A program made the translations under genes and the position numbers. This document shows, piece after piece, positions 35,439-49,834 of a DNA stretch of 64,000 bases (the first letter of the stretch is position 1; each line of letters opens with the position of its first letter). Origin of the DNA: Marsupella aquatica (Eukaryota; Plantae; Marchantiophyta). The stretch is taken from positions 10,303,525 through 10,367,524 of the forward strand of contig OZ316896.1 in the NCBI GenBank assembly GCA_973895155.1, written 5' to 3'. The notes under the pieces were generated by a model, which saw nothing but the letters and a program-made list of their open reading frames with translations, ran no database searches and was not told where the DNA came from.

Positions 35439-38400
35439 CTGACAATGCGCAAATTGTGCTAGACGAAAACAATTGATTCAGTATTGCATGCGCAATGTGT
35501 ATTCAATTTTCGCCAAAGGAAAGGAAACATGAAGGCCACGAACAGTCGAGTCCCGCAGAGAAGGAGAACGAGGGCGCAGATACAAACATCCCAGGCGCGT
35601 TACCCTCGCAGTGATTGGCAAGTTAAATAGTGAAATAGACCGCACGCGAGACTTGGAACTCCCGTTCTACTTCGATCGCTTCTCCTCTCCTGCAGCTAGC
35701 GGTCTGGTCGGGCTGGCTCCCCTCCCGTCAGAATTTTCTTCTGTCCTCTAGGATCGGCAGAGAGATCAGCTCTTCGCTCTGCGCTACTGAAAACTTATGA
35801 AGCACCGAGAGTTCATTGTTGTTGATGTTGTATCTAGTGTAGGAGCTCAAGGGTGTCGTTGGTACTTATATCTGCATGGTAAAGGAATGGTACTCCAGTT
35901 CGGTGAAGTCTCGGAAGCACCAGCTTTCATGCATCAGACTGATATTTGAACAATCAGCAACGCAGTCCCCTTATGTAGTGCAAATTTGTGCTTTTCGCGC
36001 TCCCGAGCTATTGTTGAACGAACGGGTGCCAGTAGGCCACGCGTATAATTGCTAATTTTGACCAGTGGCCCCGTCAGCCTAGTACTCTTGCTAATGTTGA
36101 AAGGGGGTCCATGCCCCCTGACTCTAGTACTCTTGCTAATTTTAACACCAAGAACCCTCGATTAATGTATAGCCCGAACTTATACATGGTATATATGGAG
36201 TGGTCTGATGAGGCAACGGTGAGCGGACAGATTTGGAAACTGGGACCAACAAAGCTGCAACACCAACGAATCTATTCTTGAGACGCCTGACTACGGCAGG
36301 ATGGGTCCTGAGCTCCTACTTGACTCAACGAACCAGCTCAAGATCTAAGAATTGCAACGCTAGTTGCGTAAGCTAGAAGCTAGCTAACTTTGTGCGAACC
36401 GCATTGGAACGCTAATTGTGTCAGCAAGAAGCTAACTTTGTGCAACGTAGTCGCAGATTTGTTGAGCAACTTGTGTCGCTGCGCAGATTCAGCATCTCTT
36501 GTGGAGGTAATTAATCACTATTATCTTCATTCTAATTGGACATCTGAAGACTGCAATGATATATCTGTATGTTTCTGGCGCTACGTGCTTCTCGGGACGC
36601 ACAATTGACTCTACACATCTGATTTAGGAAATATGCGTAGTTGCCAGGTACTCTCTGTAGGTGACCCCCGCTCTTTACTCTACCTTAAGCTCGTTCTTGT
36701 CTTTGGGACATATATTCGTTCTAGAGTTCTCGACATTCGTTCTCAGCTTGTCGACATTCTTTGCACGCCTTGCATTCAGTTGCACTAATCCTGACAGAGG
36801 TCTTGTTCCCAAGACATAACTCGGAGTTGCTCGAGTGTATCCCATTTTGTATAAACAAACGTGAGTATCGCGTCCAGGAAAACAACAGGAACTTCTGTAA
36901 ACGTAGATTTAGTTTCTACTGTAGCCGCCCCTGCTGATCGAAGTCTCATTGATTTGTAATTGTATTGTTCGAGCAGTTTGTGGCTTGTTTTGCGGAAATA
37001 TTGTCGTTTGTTTCAATCAAATTGGCCAGATCTGCTGAGCTTAGAACCAGTTTGAGCGAAGGTTTGCATCTTGTCTGCACGTCGCACGTTGGTACTATTC
37101 GATAGAACAGCTGATGAATGCGCAGCGTTGTAAAAAGTTTAGTAAATGGCTAGATTTAATGGACGCTGGCCTTAGAATCCTAGAATGAAGATCATTGTGG
37201 GACTTTGGGGGAACTTTTGTGTGGATCAGAAGTAGCGGAGGAAGCTATGCTCGCTGAAACTCGAAAATTCTTGTGACCTTCCCAATCTGAAGAAGAGAAG
37301 GATGAAGAAGGGTATGATTAGCTACAGAGCTGTGCAATCACACAGTTATACTAATAGGAGTAATTCTAAATCACTCTGTGAAATGGAAATAGGTGGGCAA
37401 TTAATCCTTAAAATGATTGCGGAGCAAACGGTGAGTGGAGTACGTGTCTCTTTACCTTTTATTACTGGATGAATATATGGAGTGCCGGGGAAAAACATGG
37501 AGCTCTAGAGCAAACAATTCACGAAGTATGCTCTAGCTAGAAACACTAGAAACATAGCCAGGGGTGGAACAACACACCACCTCGACGTCTCGTTCCTTAG
37601 GGTGTATGCCTTGCACTTCCGCGAAAGTCTCTCAGGGGGACATTCGACCAAGGCGAAGTGGCTCTTTGGTTTCTTCCAAACTTGAAACCGCGATTTCCCG
37701 AGTCTTACTACTGCATCCTTCTCTGTTAAAACTGGATTCTCCTCCATTAGAAGGTTGATGAGTTCTGGCTTACCCAAGCCCTTTCCATGGCGCACATGTG
37801 GAAATTTAGCCCCATTACTTAAAATTTGTGCTGGAGATCAGCAATATCTTTACTGGTGGTACTTTCACATTTAATAAAGATTCTGAAATAATTTATTATT
37901 CTCATGCAACTTAAGGGCGTCCCAATCGTAATATCAATTGAGTAGATCCATACCTCGTAACTTCTTGCATCATTGAATAGCCTCGCCGCTTTTTCCATGG
38001 CAGCTATGATTAATTCCATGTCAGGCCTAGTTTCGAGAAAGAAGGGACTGAATGTGAATCTACTGTAGGAATGGAGTATAAACCAAGTGGGCATCCAGCT
38101 TCAATTGCGAAGCTCCAGTTTGCAAACTCTTCCATGTACTCTAAGTCTATAGTGAGCTTGCATCGTGCAGAATTGAATCACGGTAGAATTTGAGACCGTC
38201 AGATGCTCGAAGAACATTTATCAGGTCGATCAGATCTGCACCCGCAACTTTAGATATCTCCGGAACACTGTTGAGACTCCCGTCCTTTTTACAGGTGGAA
38301 AATACCCGGGTGACATTTCAACCATCACTCTTATGACATATACAACCGATAGCAAAGTCTAGTTTAAACATTCCAATACTGCTTCAAAGAGTACCTCAGC

Positions 38401-39355
38401 ACGATGGATTGCAACCAAGTGGTGGGATCTCATAAATGTTGTCACCAGATTCTTGAGATATCAGGAACTAATCTAAAAGCGTCCAAGTGTGTCAACAAAA
38501 AGTCCCGTCTGGGGTCGATCTACATAGCTATATATTTCTAGGACCGCTTTTTTTTCCCTTAGTTCTTTATGGCACTGAATTTAACTAGTACTTGGCCCAC
38601 CTCATATACCCACCAACTCTGCCACGCAGCTGGGTCCCGAGTCCCAACCAGTTTCTGGACTTGATCAACTGTCACTCAATTGGAAGGGGGCCCATAGGGG
38701 AGGCATACCACTGTTTTGCCACGTACTTTTATCAAGGCTATCAAGTGGCCAAACACTCGAAAAAATGAATGAAGGGCTAAATAAATATCAGAGTAAAGGG
38801 GGTGAGAAGAGTGAGGACCGATCATGACCACTCAGGAGCCATAAAGAGTGTCACCCAAAATATGGACGGATGGCCTCTCAATTGGGGTGGTATAGAAACT
38901 TGTCTAAAATTAATCAAGCGGGGCTAAAACTATCTGAGTGAGAGTGCGTGAGAAGATAGAAGATCAACGCTACAGTCAAAACACATCAGTATCTGAGAAC
39001 AAAGTCAGGGGCCCACTGAAAGCAAACTAGGATCGTCATTCTCAATTCAAAGCATTGTGCGCGGTTGCCTTCTTGTGAAGGCAAGGTACTTTGCCCAAAA
39101 TGCCTGATTCAAGGGCCTAAGTTACATCCAACCCCGTCCACTGCACATTTCACAACTGATCCTTGTATAGATCTCATCAACAGAGCGTAATTTCAAGTCA
39201 CTTCGAATCCAGCTTCAAGTGAAGACAAGGACAAGTTGGACTCAATCAGCCCATATATGCTTTTCTCATTTCTTTCTCAAACAGTCTGCCAAAGTCCATA
39301 TTAACCATTTTGAATTTAAATTTTAGTCTAGCTTTGCCCCTTGTTTCCTGGATAT

Positions 39356-40416
39356 AAACGTACCAACACCATGAGGGAACCTAATCTGTAGAGACTGGCG
39401 TGGACACCCCTTGATTTGACGACTTCTTCAAGGCCATTTGCTTCCGTGTGCAAATGATAAACTTTTGCAAACCACTGGTTCAATTCCTTGCCTTGGGAAT
39501 CTTCAATAAGAAATTTAAATACGGTCCAATCCCAGTTCTCTGTGTTTTATCCTACCTTGAATGTAGCTAATGATTAAGGGGGGTTATTTCTAACTGATTT
39601 CCATATCTGTCATAAATGCTTTGTACCAAAAGAGGTTCCCTCCCTCCTCAAGTTGCCAGGGCGAGTAAGTTTGCCCAAAATGCGTCACTCATAAACATAT
39701 TGATGCACAATACAGCAAAGAAACTACAGCAACTTGTCCATGCTGGACCTCAGAGCTCCACATACGCGAGCTTTGTTCCACATAGGAAACAAACAGAACT
39801 GCATCGGGGAAAACTTTTGAATTTGGAATTGTAACATTTTCAGCCTAGTTAAGTTTTCTGTTTCCACCTTGCTCGCGGTTTCATTAGAGGGTCTCAAAGC
39901 TTGAAATTTGATGGACCTTTAGTTAGTGGTAGTCAGGTTAAGGAGGACAAGTTAGGAACTACCATATTCATAAGCCTTAACTTACTCTATAAAGATTGGT
40001 CATATGCCACCATAAGTCACGGATAGTGAAAAACGGGAGGAAAAAAGACACTTGAGAAAAAACTTTTACAGAACCTTATGAAAAAGCTATGGTCAGTTGT
40101 TTATGGCCAAAAGCCACCGTTCATTTACGATTGAAGTTTTGAGATGCCCTGGCTATTGTTGCCTTGCTTGCATTCTCCTTGCTGGAAATTGGTTCCTTTG
40201 CAACATTAACCTTTTTGGACAGAATTCAAAGACCCTTCACAAGGTAAGGGTATAATCAAGACTGAGCTTAACTTTATCTAAACAAAAACAGTTGTCCTAG
40301 ATCAAGAAAGTGATCAGCAAGCAAGACCAGAGCAAACAAACAGGTTCATCAGAGAAGAGAGAAAACATGTCCTGTCACACTTTGTAGGTACACTGGTTAT
40401 AACCACTCACTCTCAC
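39356..40416 (-). repeat. Inverted paralog of the copia flanks (1-830 + 22646-23180), containing the empty insertion site
   Basis: Reverse complement of 40021-40050 reads tgtcttttttcctcccgtttttcactatcc, joining the left and right copia flanks with no element. Confidence 0.85.
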
Positions 40417-42409
40417 TCCTATCTTTGGGTGACAGTTGTCATCTCCTTTGGTTGTTAAATTCTTGCCTGACTAGTTTGCTTACAAGCCCGCTGTAGTATA
40501 CCTCTAATTTGGTCTCATCTAAGTAAGTCCTGAAAAACAAAAACCCTATACCCTAGAGTTTCCTGTAGCTCCTGTCTCTAGTTGTCTTCCCCACCTCTAA
40601 AACATCCCACAGATGACCACCATATCCTCTTGAATGACTTTTGTTTGACTCAAAATGAATTTCATTACTATACTGTAGCTTATAGTAACTGGATAATTAT
40701 TAAACATTTGACTGAACTTGGGTACCAGCCAGATTGTGTCAGATTGAAGTATTTTTTGATTTGTATGCTATAGATGCAGGAGTCAGTTTTACAGGCTACA
40801 CCTCACATGTGATCCAATAGTCAGATATTTTTGTTAGCAATAGTAGGTGTGTTTGGGTAGGCAGTAGATGGGCAGCAAACAGTCTGCCTGCCATTGATAA
40901 AGTAACCCACTCCTGGGGACTCATCGCCCTAAATGTTTATACCTCCAAGGTTGTGAGTTTGAGTATTGGGGCTTGCACATACCTTCCTGCCATTTGAATT
41001 CAAGCCCTTTACTTGAGCAAATAAATCAAAAACTGCGTTGGCCTAATGCCAGCTCGTGCTGGGCCAGTGGGCTTGCATTTGAGTTCACTAAGTGCCTTTG
41101 ATCAAATGCACACGGGTGCAGAAGCGACAGGGCCACAGGGGGCAAACGTGATGTAACCTGACCCTCAGTGATGGGGTGCACTCAGTGATGGGGTGCACCA
41201 TGACACCGGGTTCCATGGACTAATTTGTGGGAGTGCTGGTCCCAGCTACAAGAGCATGGTTCCATTTCGTGCAATGGCACAATTTACTAGAAAACAAAGT
41301 GGCCGGAAACCCAAAGTTAAAGTCATGACATGGTTTACCTAAGTTGTCATATATTGCTGGTCTCAATTCAACTCGAGCCAATTGCTCATCATTAGGAACG
41401 GGAATGATCCATTTTACTGGATTAATTGAAGAGCCAAATTCATTAAGCTCGATATTGATCATGAAACTAAAGCTTGTTTCGTTTGTTTCTGTTTGAGAAA
41501 TTCAAAGTGGGCAAGCCGAAAACTTTCTGTGGAACATGACAACCCGTCGATTGCAGCGGAAAGCTAGTGGAACATAGAATAATTTAAAGTTCCAGACAAT
41601 TCTCAGTCGAGCTGAAGTGGTTTTTCCCAGACCGTTGCCTGCACTCGAAAGCCAGGCTTCCGCACTGCAGTCCCGTCGAGAATCCCATGGAATACCATAT
41701 GAGGTGCATGGCCGCTTGCCACGGCTTTGGGAGATGATATTCGTGGTTAATTTACGTAAGGTTTCTTGTACTGACAGGAAAAGGTTGAGCCGCTAGCTGC
41801 TACGTACTTAAGCCCCGATTAGAATTTCAGCATCGCTGATTACAACGTACTCTCTCGATCGCGAAGGTGAGTACGAGTCAGATTTCTTTGATGTGTAATG
41901 TTCTGCTGTCTACCAGCCATGGTGTTAGTCAGTATCGAACGACAGGGACGCGTACCTCCTGCAAGCCTAGCTACAGGGAGAATCAGTATCTAACGACAGG
42001 GACACCGCCTGGAAGCTTGCAACGAGTATAACGACATTCGGGATTACCCGGCTGATGACAACTCTCTAATGCAGGCGTGACGAGTGCCTGGTGACTAGGT
42101 CGGTGACCAGATCAGGAAATTCAAGAGTGAACTAGGCACTGCCTCGTGTGCTTCGGTCTCCAACCAATTTCCGTGGCTTGTTTCCTGTCCTCTTCTCATC
42201 CTCTGGCTGATTCCCTACCTTTGGACCAGCGACAGTAAAATCTTGTTGGGACTAGTCAGGCTCGATGTTTACATGTCAGGCCGGACATTACTTACAGATA
42301 TTCGTGGTCAGATTCAAGTTGATCAGCACGAACAGCGAAGACAGCGAAGAATCTATTCAATCTACGAGTCAGCGCCTACCAGGATCTGGAGTGTGACAAG
42401 CGCGCGGGA

Positions 42410-44128
42410 TATTACCTCCACAAGAGATGCTGAATCTGCGCAGCGACACAAGTTGCTCAACAAACCTGCGAGTACGTAGCTCAAAGTTAGCTTAGGTTAC
42501 GCAACTAGCGTTGCAATTCTTAGATCTTGAGTTGGTTTGTTGAGTCGAAGTAGGAGGACCCATCGTGCCGTGGTCAGGGGTCTCAAGATTAGATTCGTTG
42601 GTGTTGCAGCGTTGTTGGTCCCAGTTTCCAAATCTTTCCGCTCACCGTTGCCGCATCAGACCACTCCATATATACCATCATGTATATGTTGGGGCTATAT
42701 TTTAATCGAGGTTTCTTGGAGTTAAAATTAGCAAGAGTACTAGTCTAGGCGACATGGACCCGCTTTTAAATTAGCAAGAGTACTAGGCTGACGGGGCATC
42801 GGTGCCCGATGTGGTTGGTGTTAAGATTATTAAGAGTACTAGCTGGCTGGGGGGGCATTGGGCCACTGGTCAAGGTTAGCAATTATACGCGTGGCGGAAT
42901 GTCACCCCTCGTGAGCGAGAAAAGCACAAATTTTCATTATATAAGGGGACTGCATTGCTCATTGTTCAAATATCAGTATGATGCATGAAAGGTGGTGCTT
43001 CCGAGACTTCACCGAACTGGAGTACCATTCGTTTACCATGCAGATATAAGCACCTACGACACCCTTGAGCTCTACACTATACAACAACAACAAGGAACTC
43101 TCGGTGCTTCATAAGTTTGCAGTAGCGCAGAGCGAAGAGCTCATCTCTCTGTCCGATCCAAGAGTACAGAAGGAAATTCTGACGGGATGGCAGTCAGTCC
43201 GACCAGCCAGCTAGCTGCAGGAGAGGAGAAGCGATCGACGTAGAACGGGAGTGCCAAGTCTCGCGTGTGGTCTATTTCACTATTTAACTTCCCACTTGCT
43301 GCGAGGGTAACGCGCCACATGTGTATGTTTGAATCCGAGCCGCGCCCTCGTTCTCCCTCTCTGCGCGACACGACTGTTCGTGGCCTCCGTGTTTCCTTTC
43401 CTTTGGCGAAAATTGAATACACATTGCGCATGCAATACTGAATCAATTGTTTTCGTCTAGCACCCTTTGCGCACTGTCAGTTGGAGCATCTTCGAGCTCG
43501 AACACCAACGAACCCGTTCTCGATGCAGACGAGCGACGACGGGAGTATGTGTCCTCTGGTTTTGAAGGGCAAAACGATGCAAGACGAGCAGGTCCCCGAT
43601 GCTGCGGGGTCACACGATGGGGAGAGCAAGGATGGGCTTCCAGAACCCGTTCCAGAATAACCCAGCACCGGCAAAAGAAGTCGGACTGCTGATGCCCATA
43701 GGGTTTGCTGAACAGAATCGTCGAAAGCGAATCAACGAGTGCTTGAACACTGTTCATTTGGAGTTAACGGGTTTGCCCACCCATTCCAATCATAAGGCTG
43801 ACAAGGTTTCGGTATTAGACTCATGTATCGAAAGCCTGCATCTAATCTGTATATACAATGCTCTGGTCCGTAACGGGAGGTGCTTCTCCCCCGATTTCAC
43901 TGAGCAGGAGTATCGTGACTTCAGCATGCCGTTGCAGTTGCCAGAAGTACAACTTGAGGATGTTGTGGACGCCAACCCAAGACATCGTCAGCATGCAAGA
44001 GCAGCAGCAACATCAAACGGCAGAGGCTAACGATAGCGAAGATGAGGCCATTAAATTGTTTGGTGGGTTAGAAGACATAGAAGTTCTTTAGGACGGGATT
44101 ACACTGGATTGGGGACGAATCACTCCAA
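42410..44128 (+). repeat. Inverted copy of the bHLH unit
   Basis: Reverse complement of ~25375-27020 and of 44920-46320. Confidence 0.85.
43480..44091 (+). pseudogene. bHLH copy 3, inverted, frameshifted
   Basis: AEQNRRKRINECLNTVHLELTGLPTHSNHKADKVSVLDSCIESL; frameshifts relative to copy 2. Confidence 0.7.
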
Positions 44129-44334
44129 TACCTTCGGTTTCTTTCTTTGACTTTCCCTTCCTTTTTTCACGACAACTAGTTATAAAGATTAGGGATACAG
44201 GAGGAAGAATTGTAATTTGCCTAAGTCCACGATCTGTAGTTTGCAGGTCTCCCTTGGCAGTGAAGGGCTCCTAGTTCAATGGTACTCCCACGATCTGTAG
44301 TTTGCAGGTCTCCCTTGGCAGTGAAGGGCTCCTG

Positions 44335-47300
44335 CAATGGTACTCCTTGTTGTGAACTTGCCAATCTCCTGGCGTGCGGAAGCGAGTTCCTGTACGCAGT
44401 TTACTACCTTCTCGTTGCTATCCCTCGGTCAAAGAACCGACACCTATAATACGATGTCCAAAGTCCTGAATATTACGAGCACTGCATCTACCGAGCCCGA
44501 TCAACCGAAATGTAGCGAACGATTAAGAAGTTTATTTATAGATGATTTCCATCTCTGGAATAAAATGCTAGCATTGTACACAAGGAGGTTCCCTCGCGCC
44601 CTAAGTTACAGGGGCACACACGAGTTTTGCCCACCATGTGGCACTAATGTACATATTAGTCACAATTATATTGCGAAGAGTCTACAGTGGGTGAGTTGTC
44701 TGTGCTGGACCTGCGAGCTCCACATACTCGAGCTTTGTTACATGGCGGGTTCATCTCCCGAGCCAGTGTCGATGTCGAGATGACTTCTGATCACATGGCA
44801 AATTCCAGGAGTACCCGGAAGGATTATACATTACTTGGAGAAAACTAAGATAAGGTAAAAGGGTTTGCTAGGCGACCAACACATTTCGATCTGGATGCAG
44901 TTGACAACCAGCCGCACTAGAGTGATTCGTTCACAATCCAGTGCAGTCCCGTCCTAACGAATTTCTATGTCCTCTAATCCACCAAACAATTCATTGGTCT
45001 CATCTTCGGTATCGTTAGCCTCTGCCGTTTGATGTTGCTGTTGCTTGCTCTTGCTGACGATGTGTTGCGTTGGCGTCCACAACATCCTCACATTGTGTTT
45101 CTGGGAACGGCATGCTGAAGTCACGATATTCGATCCAGCCCAGTGAAGCCGGGAGAGAAGCACCTCCCTTTCGGCACCAGAGCGTTGTATCTACACACTA
45201 GCATCTGCAGGCATTCGATACATGAGTCTAGAACCGAAACTTTGTCAGGCTTGTGATTAAAAGGGGTGGGCAAACCCGTTAACTCCAAACGGACAGCGTT
45301 CAAGCACTCTTTGATTCGCTTTCGACGATTTTGTTCTGCAACCCTATGGGCTTCGATCAGCAGTCCGACTTCTTGCCGGTGCTGGGTTGTTCTTGACTGG
45401 GTTCTGGAAGCCCATCCTTGCTCTCCCCATCGTGTGACCCCGCGGCATCGGGGACCTGCTCGTGTTGCATCGTTTTGCCCTTCAAAGCCAGACGACGTGA
45501 CATACTCCCGTCGTCGCTGGTCTGCATCCAGAACGGCACAGTGCGCAAATTGTGCTAGACGATATCAATTGATTCAGTATTGCATGCGCAATGTGTATTT
45601 TTCGCCAAACGAAAGGAAACATGAAGGCCACGAACAGTCGAGTCCCGCAGAGAGTGAGAACGAGGGCGCAGATACAAACATCCCAGGCGCGTTACCCTCG
45701 CAGTGAGTGGCAAGTTAAATAGTGAAATAGACCGCACGCGAGACTTGGTACTCCCGTTCTACTTCGATCGCTTCTTCTCTCCTGCAGCTAGCGGGCTGGT
45801 CGGGCTGGCTCCCCTCCCGTCAGAATTTCCTTCTGTCCTCTTGGATCGGCAGAGAGATGAGCTCTTCGCTCTGCGCTACTGAAAACTTATGAAGCACCGA
45901 GAGTTCCTTGTTGTTGATGTTGTATAGTGTAGGAGCTCAAGGGTGTCGTTGGTACTTATATCTGCATCGTAAAAGAATGGTTCTCCAGTTCGGTGAAGTC
46001 TCGGAAGCACCACCTTTCATGCATCAGACTGATATTTGAACAATCAGCAACGCAGTCCCCTTATGTAGTGCAAATTTGTGCTTTTCTCGCTCCCGAGCTA
46101 TTGTTGAAAGAACGGGTGCCAGTAGGCCACGCGTATAATTGCTAATTTTGACCAGTGGCCCCGTCAGCCTAGTACTCTTGCTAATGTTAAAAGGGGGTCC
46201 ATGCCCCCTGACTCTAGTACTCTTGCTAATTTTAACACCAACAACCCTCGATTAATATATAGCCCGAACTTATACATGGTATATATGGAGTGGTCTGATG
46301 AGGCAACGGTGAGCGGACAGATTTCTAAATATCGAGGTATGATGCATGAAAGGTGGTGGTTCCGAGACTGTGCTTCCAAAACTTTACCGAACAGGAACTT
46401 CACTTTCACTTTGTGGTTTTATCGTAGACGATCATAGTTGAGAACTTCGTGAGTGCGAATGTCCGGACTGTACGAGTTTGGGGCAGAGCCATGGGATCAT
46501 TACAAAACAGGAGAATTTTGCGGGTAGAGACATAACCCTAGCTAGATGATGTTTTTTGCCTCGAAAAACTCATTATAATGAACAGCGTACATTCGAGGGA
46601 AGCTCTAGATTCCGCGGGCCTGAACATTGGAGGAGTGTAGTTAAGTCATCTTCCAGGAATAGTCCTCCTCATTTGATCATCTTTCCAGAAGGTCACAGTT
46701 CCTAATTGGCTTCTTGCCACAGCTTTACTTCACTGCGCAGCAGGGGCCAAACAACATTGAGTCAATTCAAATTAATCAGCTCCAAAATCACCTGGCTCGT
46801 AGTCTCAGCTCTCTCGCAAACTTCGTACAAGCAACGAATCTGAGTAGAGTTTTGGAATGTGAAAATTAAACAATAAATCGTGCTAATCCCATGGTTCACG
46901 GCTATGATGGAAGAATAGTCAAATTGATAAGACCTCGTTCCATCTACAGAAGAATAGTCAAATTGGAACCACCTCGTTCCATCTACCCTGTTCCAAAAAT
47001 AGTGTGAGTATATAATTGGTGTGACACCAAAATTAAAGTGATTCACACTAAATTGCGTGAACATTTTTCTTCAACCTGAATCACACTAATTAAATATATT
47101 AAGTCACACACTTTACTTTACAGTATTGAGAGTGTGCTTGAGTCTCACTTTTATGCCTCGATTCTAAGTGTTGCTTGACTCTCATTATTATTTTTTGGGC
47201 ATGCTTGAGTCTCACTTTTATGCATCGATTAATTCTAAGTGTGCACTATACACGCCCGTGAGACCAAAAGTGTGAATTCATGTAATTACAGTGACACCTG

Positions 47301-49248
47301 AAGTAATGTGAGTGACATGATTTTATGTGCTCAAGATGTAAAGTTTGAAGGGCTACGCAAGTAGTGTAAACTAACGCTAATTATGGTGTACAGTGTAGCT
47401 CCTTACATACTACTTGCATACCCAAGTCAGTGTCCTTGAAGCTTGACTGAGAGCTGAGCAGAAAGGGAGCATATATTCAGACACTTTTCATCCACCAAAT
47501 ACAGAATGAAAACAGTGCAAGGAAGCTTCGTTGTCAGGTGAGTGAAGAAGACTCCACGTGCTTTCAATTGATCTCATTGCAGCAACACACCCGAAAACAC
47601 ACAGGAATAAAATTCTTGGGAAAGCAAGCCCTCAATAGGAATAGCTCGTCCATCTGAGGAATTCTGTGCCAACCAGGATGTTCATGACGTGTGACCGATT
47701 TGTCAATAATGTCATCCTCAACGAGAAAGTAAGCTTGTACACGTGCGCAAGGACGAACGTTTTCCTTCTCAGTCATTCAGTCACTCAAGTCTCCACCTTC
47801 TCAAAGCGGGTTCCAGTAAACAAGAAGGTACTCTCAAGACTAGTTACTCTGACAATCTATCAATCAGGCCATCTTCCAAGGACCAAGTAATAGGCGGTCG
47901 AAAGTGAATGAATATGCATTGAACGGGGCGTTGAATACATCTTCCGGGTTGGAAGATCATCTAAGCAACTATGGTTAGAAATTTGAGATGGCATAAGGTT
48001 GTGTAACATACCCACTCATGCACCAGCCGAGTGGGTATTCGGTAAGCTCGTCTTCGTCAACGAAGCAAGCTAGACGGTCGACCACTGACAACCCTCTGTT
48101 CAGCTTGCCAGGATGACAATGAAGACCAGCCTTGTTAATTGTAGCCGTTGGCATTTTCTGTCGAAATGGACTATTGCCACGTAGTTCACAAACAGAAACT
48201 GATACTAAACTATCGAGAATAGAAGATACATTCCGAACAATTGTCCTCCGATGCATCCACTCTGGCGAATGCGGCAGCTTGCTTGACAAGGGGAAATCTA
48301 GCCTCAGGGCACATTGTAGTGGAGCTTCCGTCCACAGCAAGCAATGGAAGAGCGACTTGGAGTAGAATTACAGTAAGATAAGCGATCCACGTACAGGCTC
48401 GGTAAAAGAGAGTAGCATTCAAAAGAGTGCAAATCAAACGCAGGGAAATGCGGTGGGCGGATCTATCACCGTTTCCACCCATAGTGTTGACTCTTAGGTT
48501 TTATGAAATGGATGCGGGTCGTTGACCTTGGATTCCTTTTTCAGCTGCTTGTAGACATCTAAGGATTTTCCTTCATCTGCCATACTCCAATCTTGATCTT
48601 TCTGGGGCGTCGCACTGGCAGTGCCATTAGTCTCTGCGAGAAAAGGAAGCAGCAAATGAATTCAATATTATGTACTTGTATTCGCAGGACCAGTTTATTG
48701 CCTATCAGGCAGGCTACTCCAAATCCATTCCTGAGCAAGTCTTGCAAAATGCCCTCAGAGAGTCAGAGCTCAAGCACTCGATCGGACCTCATCATATGTC
48801 TACCGTGTCTAAGTGCAACCGTGTCTAAGTGCAAGCCCGGGAAGACACCCAAGCCTGCAGTTATCCCCGGTATGCACTGCATCATATGGTGCATGTTGCA
48901 ACTCCATATGTGCTGGTTGCACTTTCCAATAATTACATATGAAATGGCTTATGCACTTACACATATGTCATGTCAGGTCATACTTATGAATTTGTCATAC
49001 CCCGAATACTCATAGTGCACAATTCAATAATTGGATAAGTGCATGAAACTATAATGTGTAGGTGTCTACTGCACTTATCAATAAATGCTTCTAGCATGTG
49101 TGTTGCGATAATTAATTAATGCATCTATACTTTTATCAGGGAAATGTCCTTATATATTTGTCTTTTAGTGTAGAGGGGGGGGGGGGGGCGCAACTTGGAC
49201 TTACAAACGGTGCATTTTTTTGGTGTATTTACAAAGGAATTTGCTGTA
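44335..49248 (+). repeat. Third direct copy of part of unit A joined to unit B
   Basis: 44335-46324 matches ~24520-26795; 46321-49248 matches 28461-31395. Confidence 0.88.
44954..45548 (-). pseudogene. bHLH copy 4, frameshifted
   Basis: Fragments in three frames, homologous to copy 2. Confidence 0.7.
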
Positions 49249-49255
49249 AACAATT

Positions 49256-49639
49256 TTGGGCAAGAAGGAGTTAGGGCAAGAGATGAGTGTTGAACATGGC
49301 AATGTAAGGCACGTTCACATGCCCCATGAAACGGACTCTCCACATATTGCACGTGACCATTGCTCTCCAAGTGCAAGAGAAGTGATTGGAGGAGAAGAAG
49401 AAGCGGGAGAAGAAGTCCCTACTACAAAGAAATGTGTTTATTGTAGACATGTCAAAACATTGCACGCTTTTGATAATGGTCGGGTAGCTTGTAAACAATG
49501 TTTGGCCAAGAAGAGAGACCAATACAAGAAGAAGAAGCAACATATGGGAGAGAAGGATCTTGTGCAAAATTTATCAACTCTATTTGAGAGTGAATTACTT
49601 TTGCCACAATGCAAGGAACCCCAATTTAAGGAATACTGA
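49256..49639 (+). CDS. Small zinc-finger protein or exon (CxxC...CxxC followed by a basic helix)
   Basis: KKCVYCRHVKTLHAFDNGRVACKQCLAKKRDQYKKKK. Confidence 0.5.
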   Translation: MGKKELGQEMSVEHGNVRHVHMPHETDSPHIARDHCSPSAREVIGGEEEAGEEVPTTKKCVYCRHVKTLHAFDNGRVACKQCLAKKRDQYKKKKQHMGEKDLVQNLSTLFESELLLPQCKEPQFKEY

Positions 49640-49834
49640 AGTATTAGATTAATTCCAATTTTATCTAAATATTATTAGTTAATGAATGATCAACCTCTTT
49701 AACATTTGGTGGGATAGTCAAAAACTTCAAATGTTTTGTTGCAAGATCTTTATAACAATGCATCACTAAATGACATGAAGTACCTCTTGATCCATGCACA
49801 AATCCTTAATTAAACTATCATTCATTGTTTCAAT

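Larger units (their letters stand above)
31624..36890 (+). repeat. Segmental duplication unit A, second copy
   Basis: Matches 23387-27397. Confidence 0.92.

Noticed and set aside
37505-38400. Decayed minus-strand coding sequence
   Set aside because: Looks coding-like, but no motif was recognised and the frames are broken, so no call can be supported.
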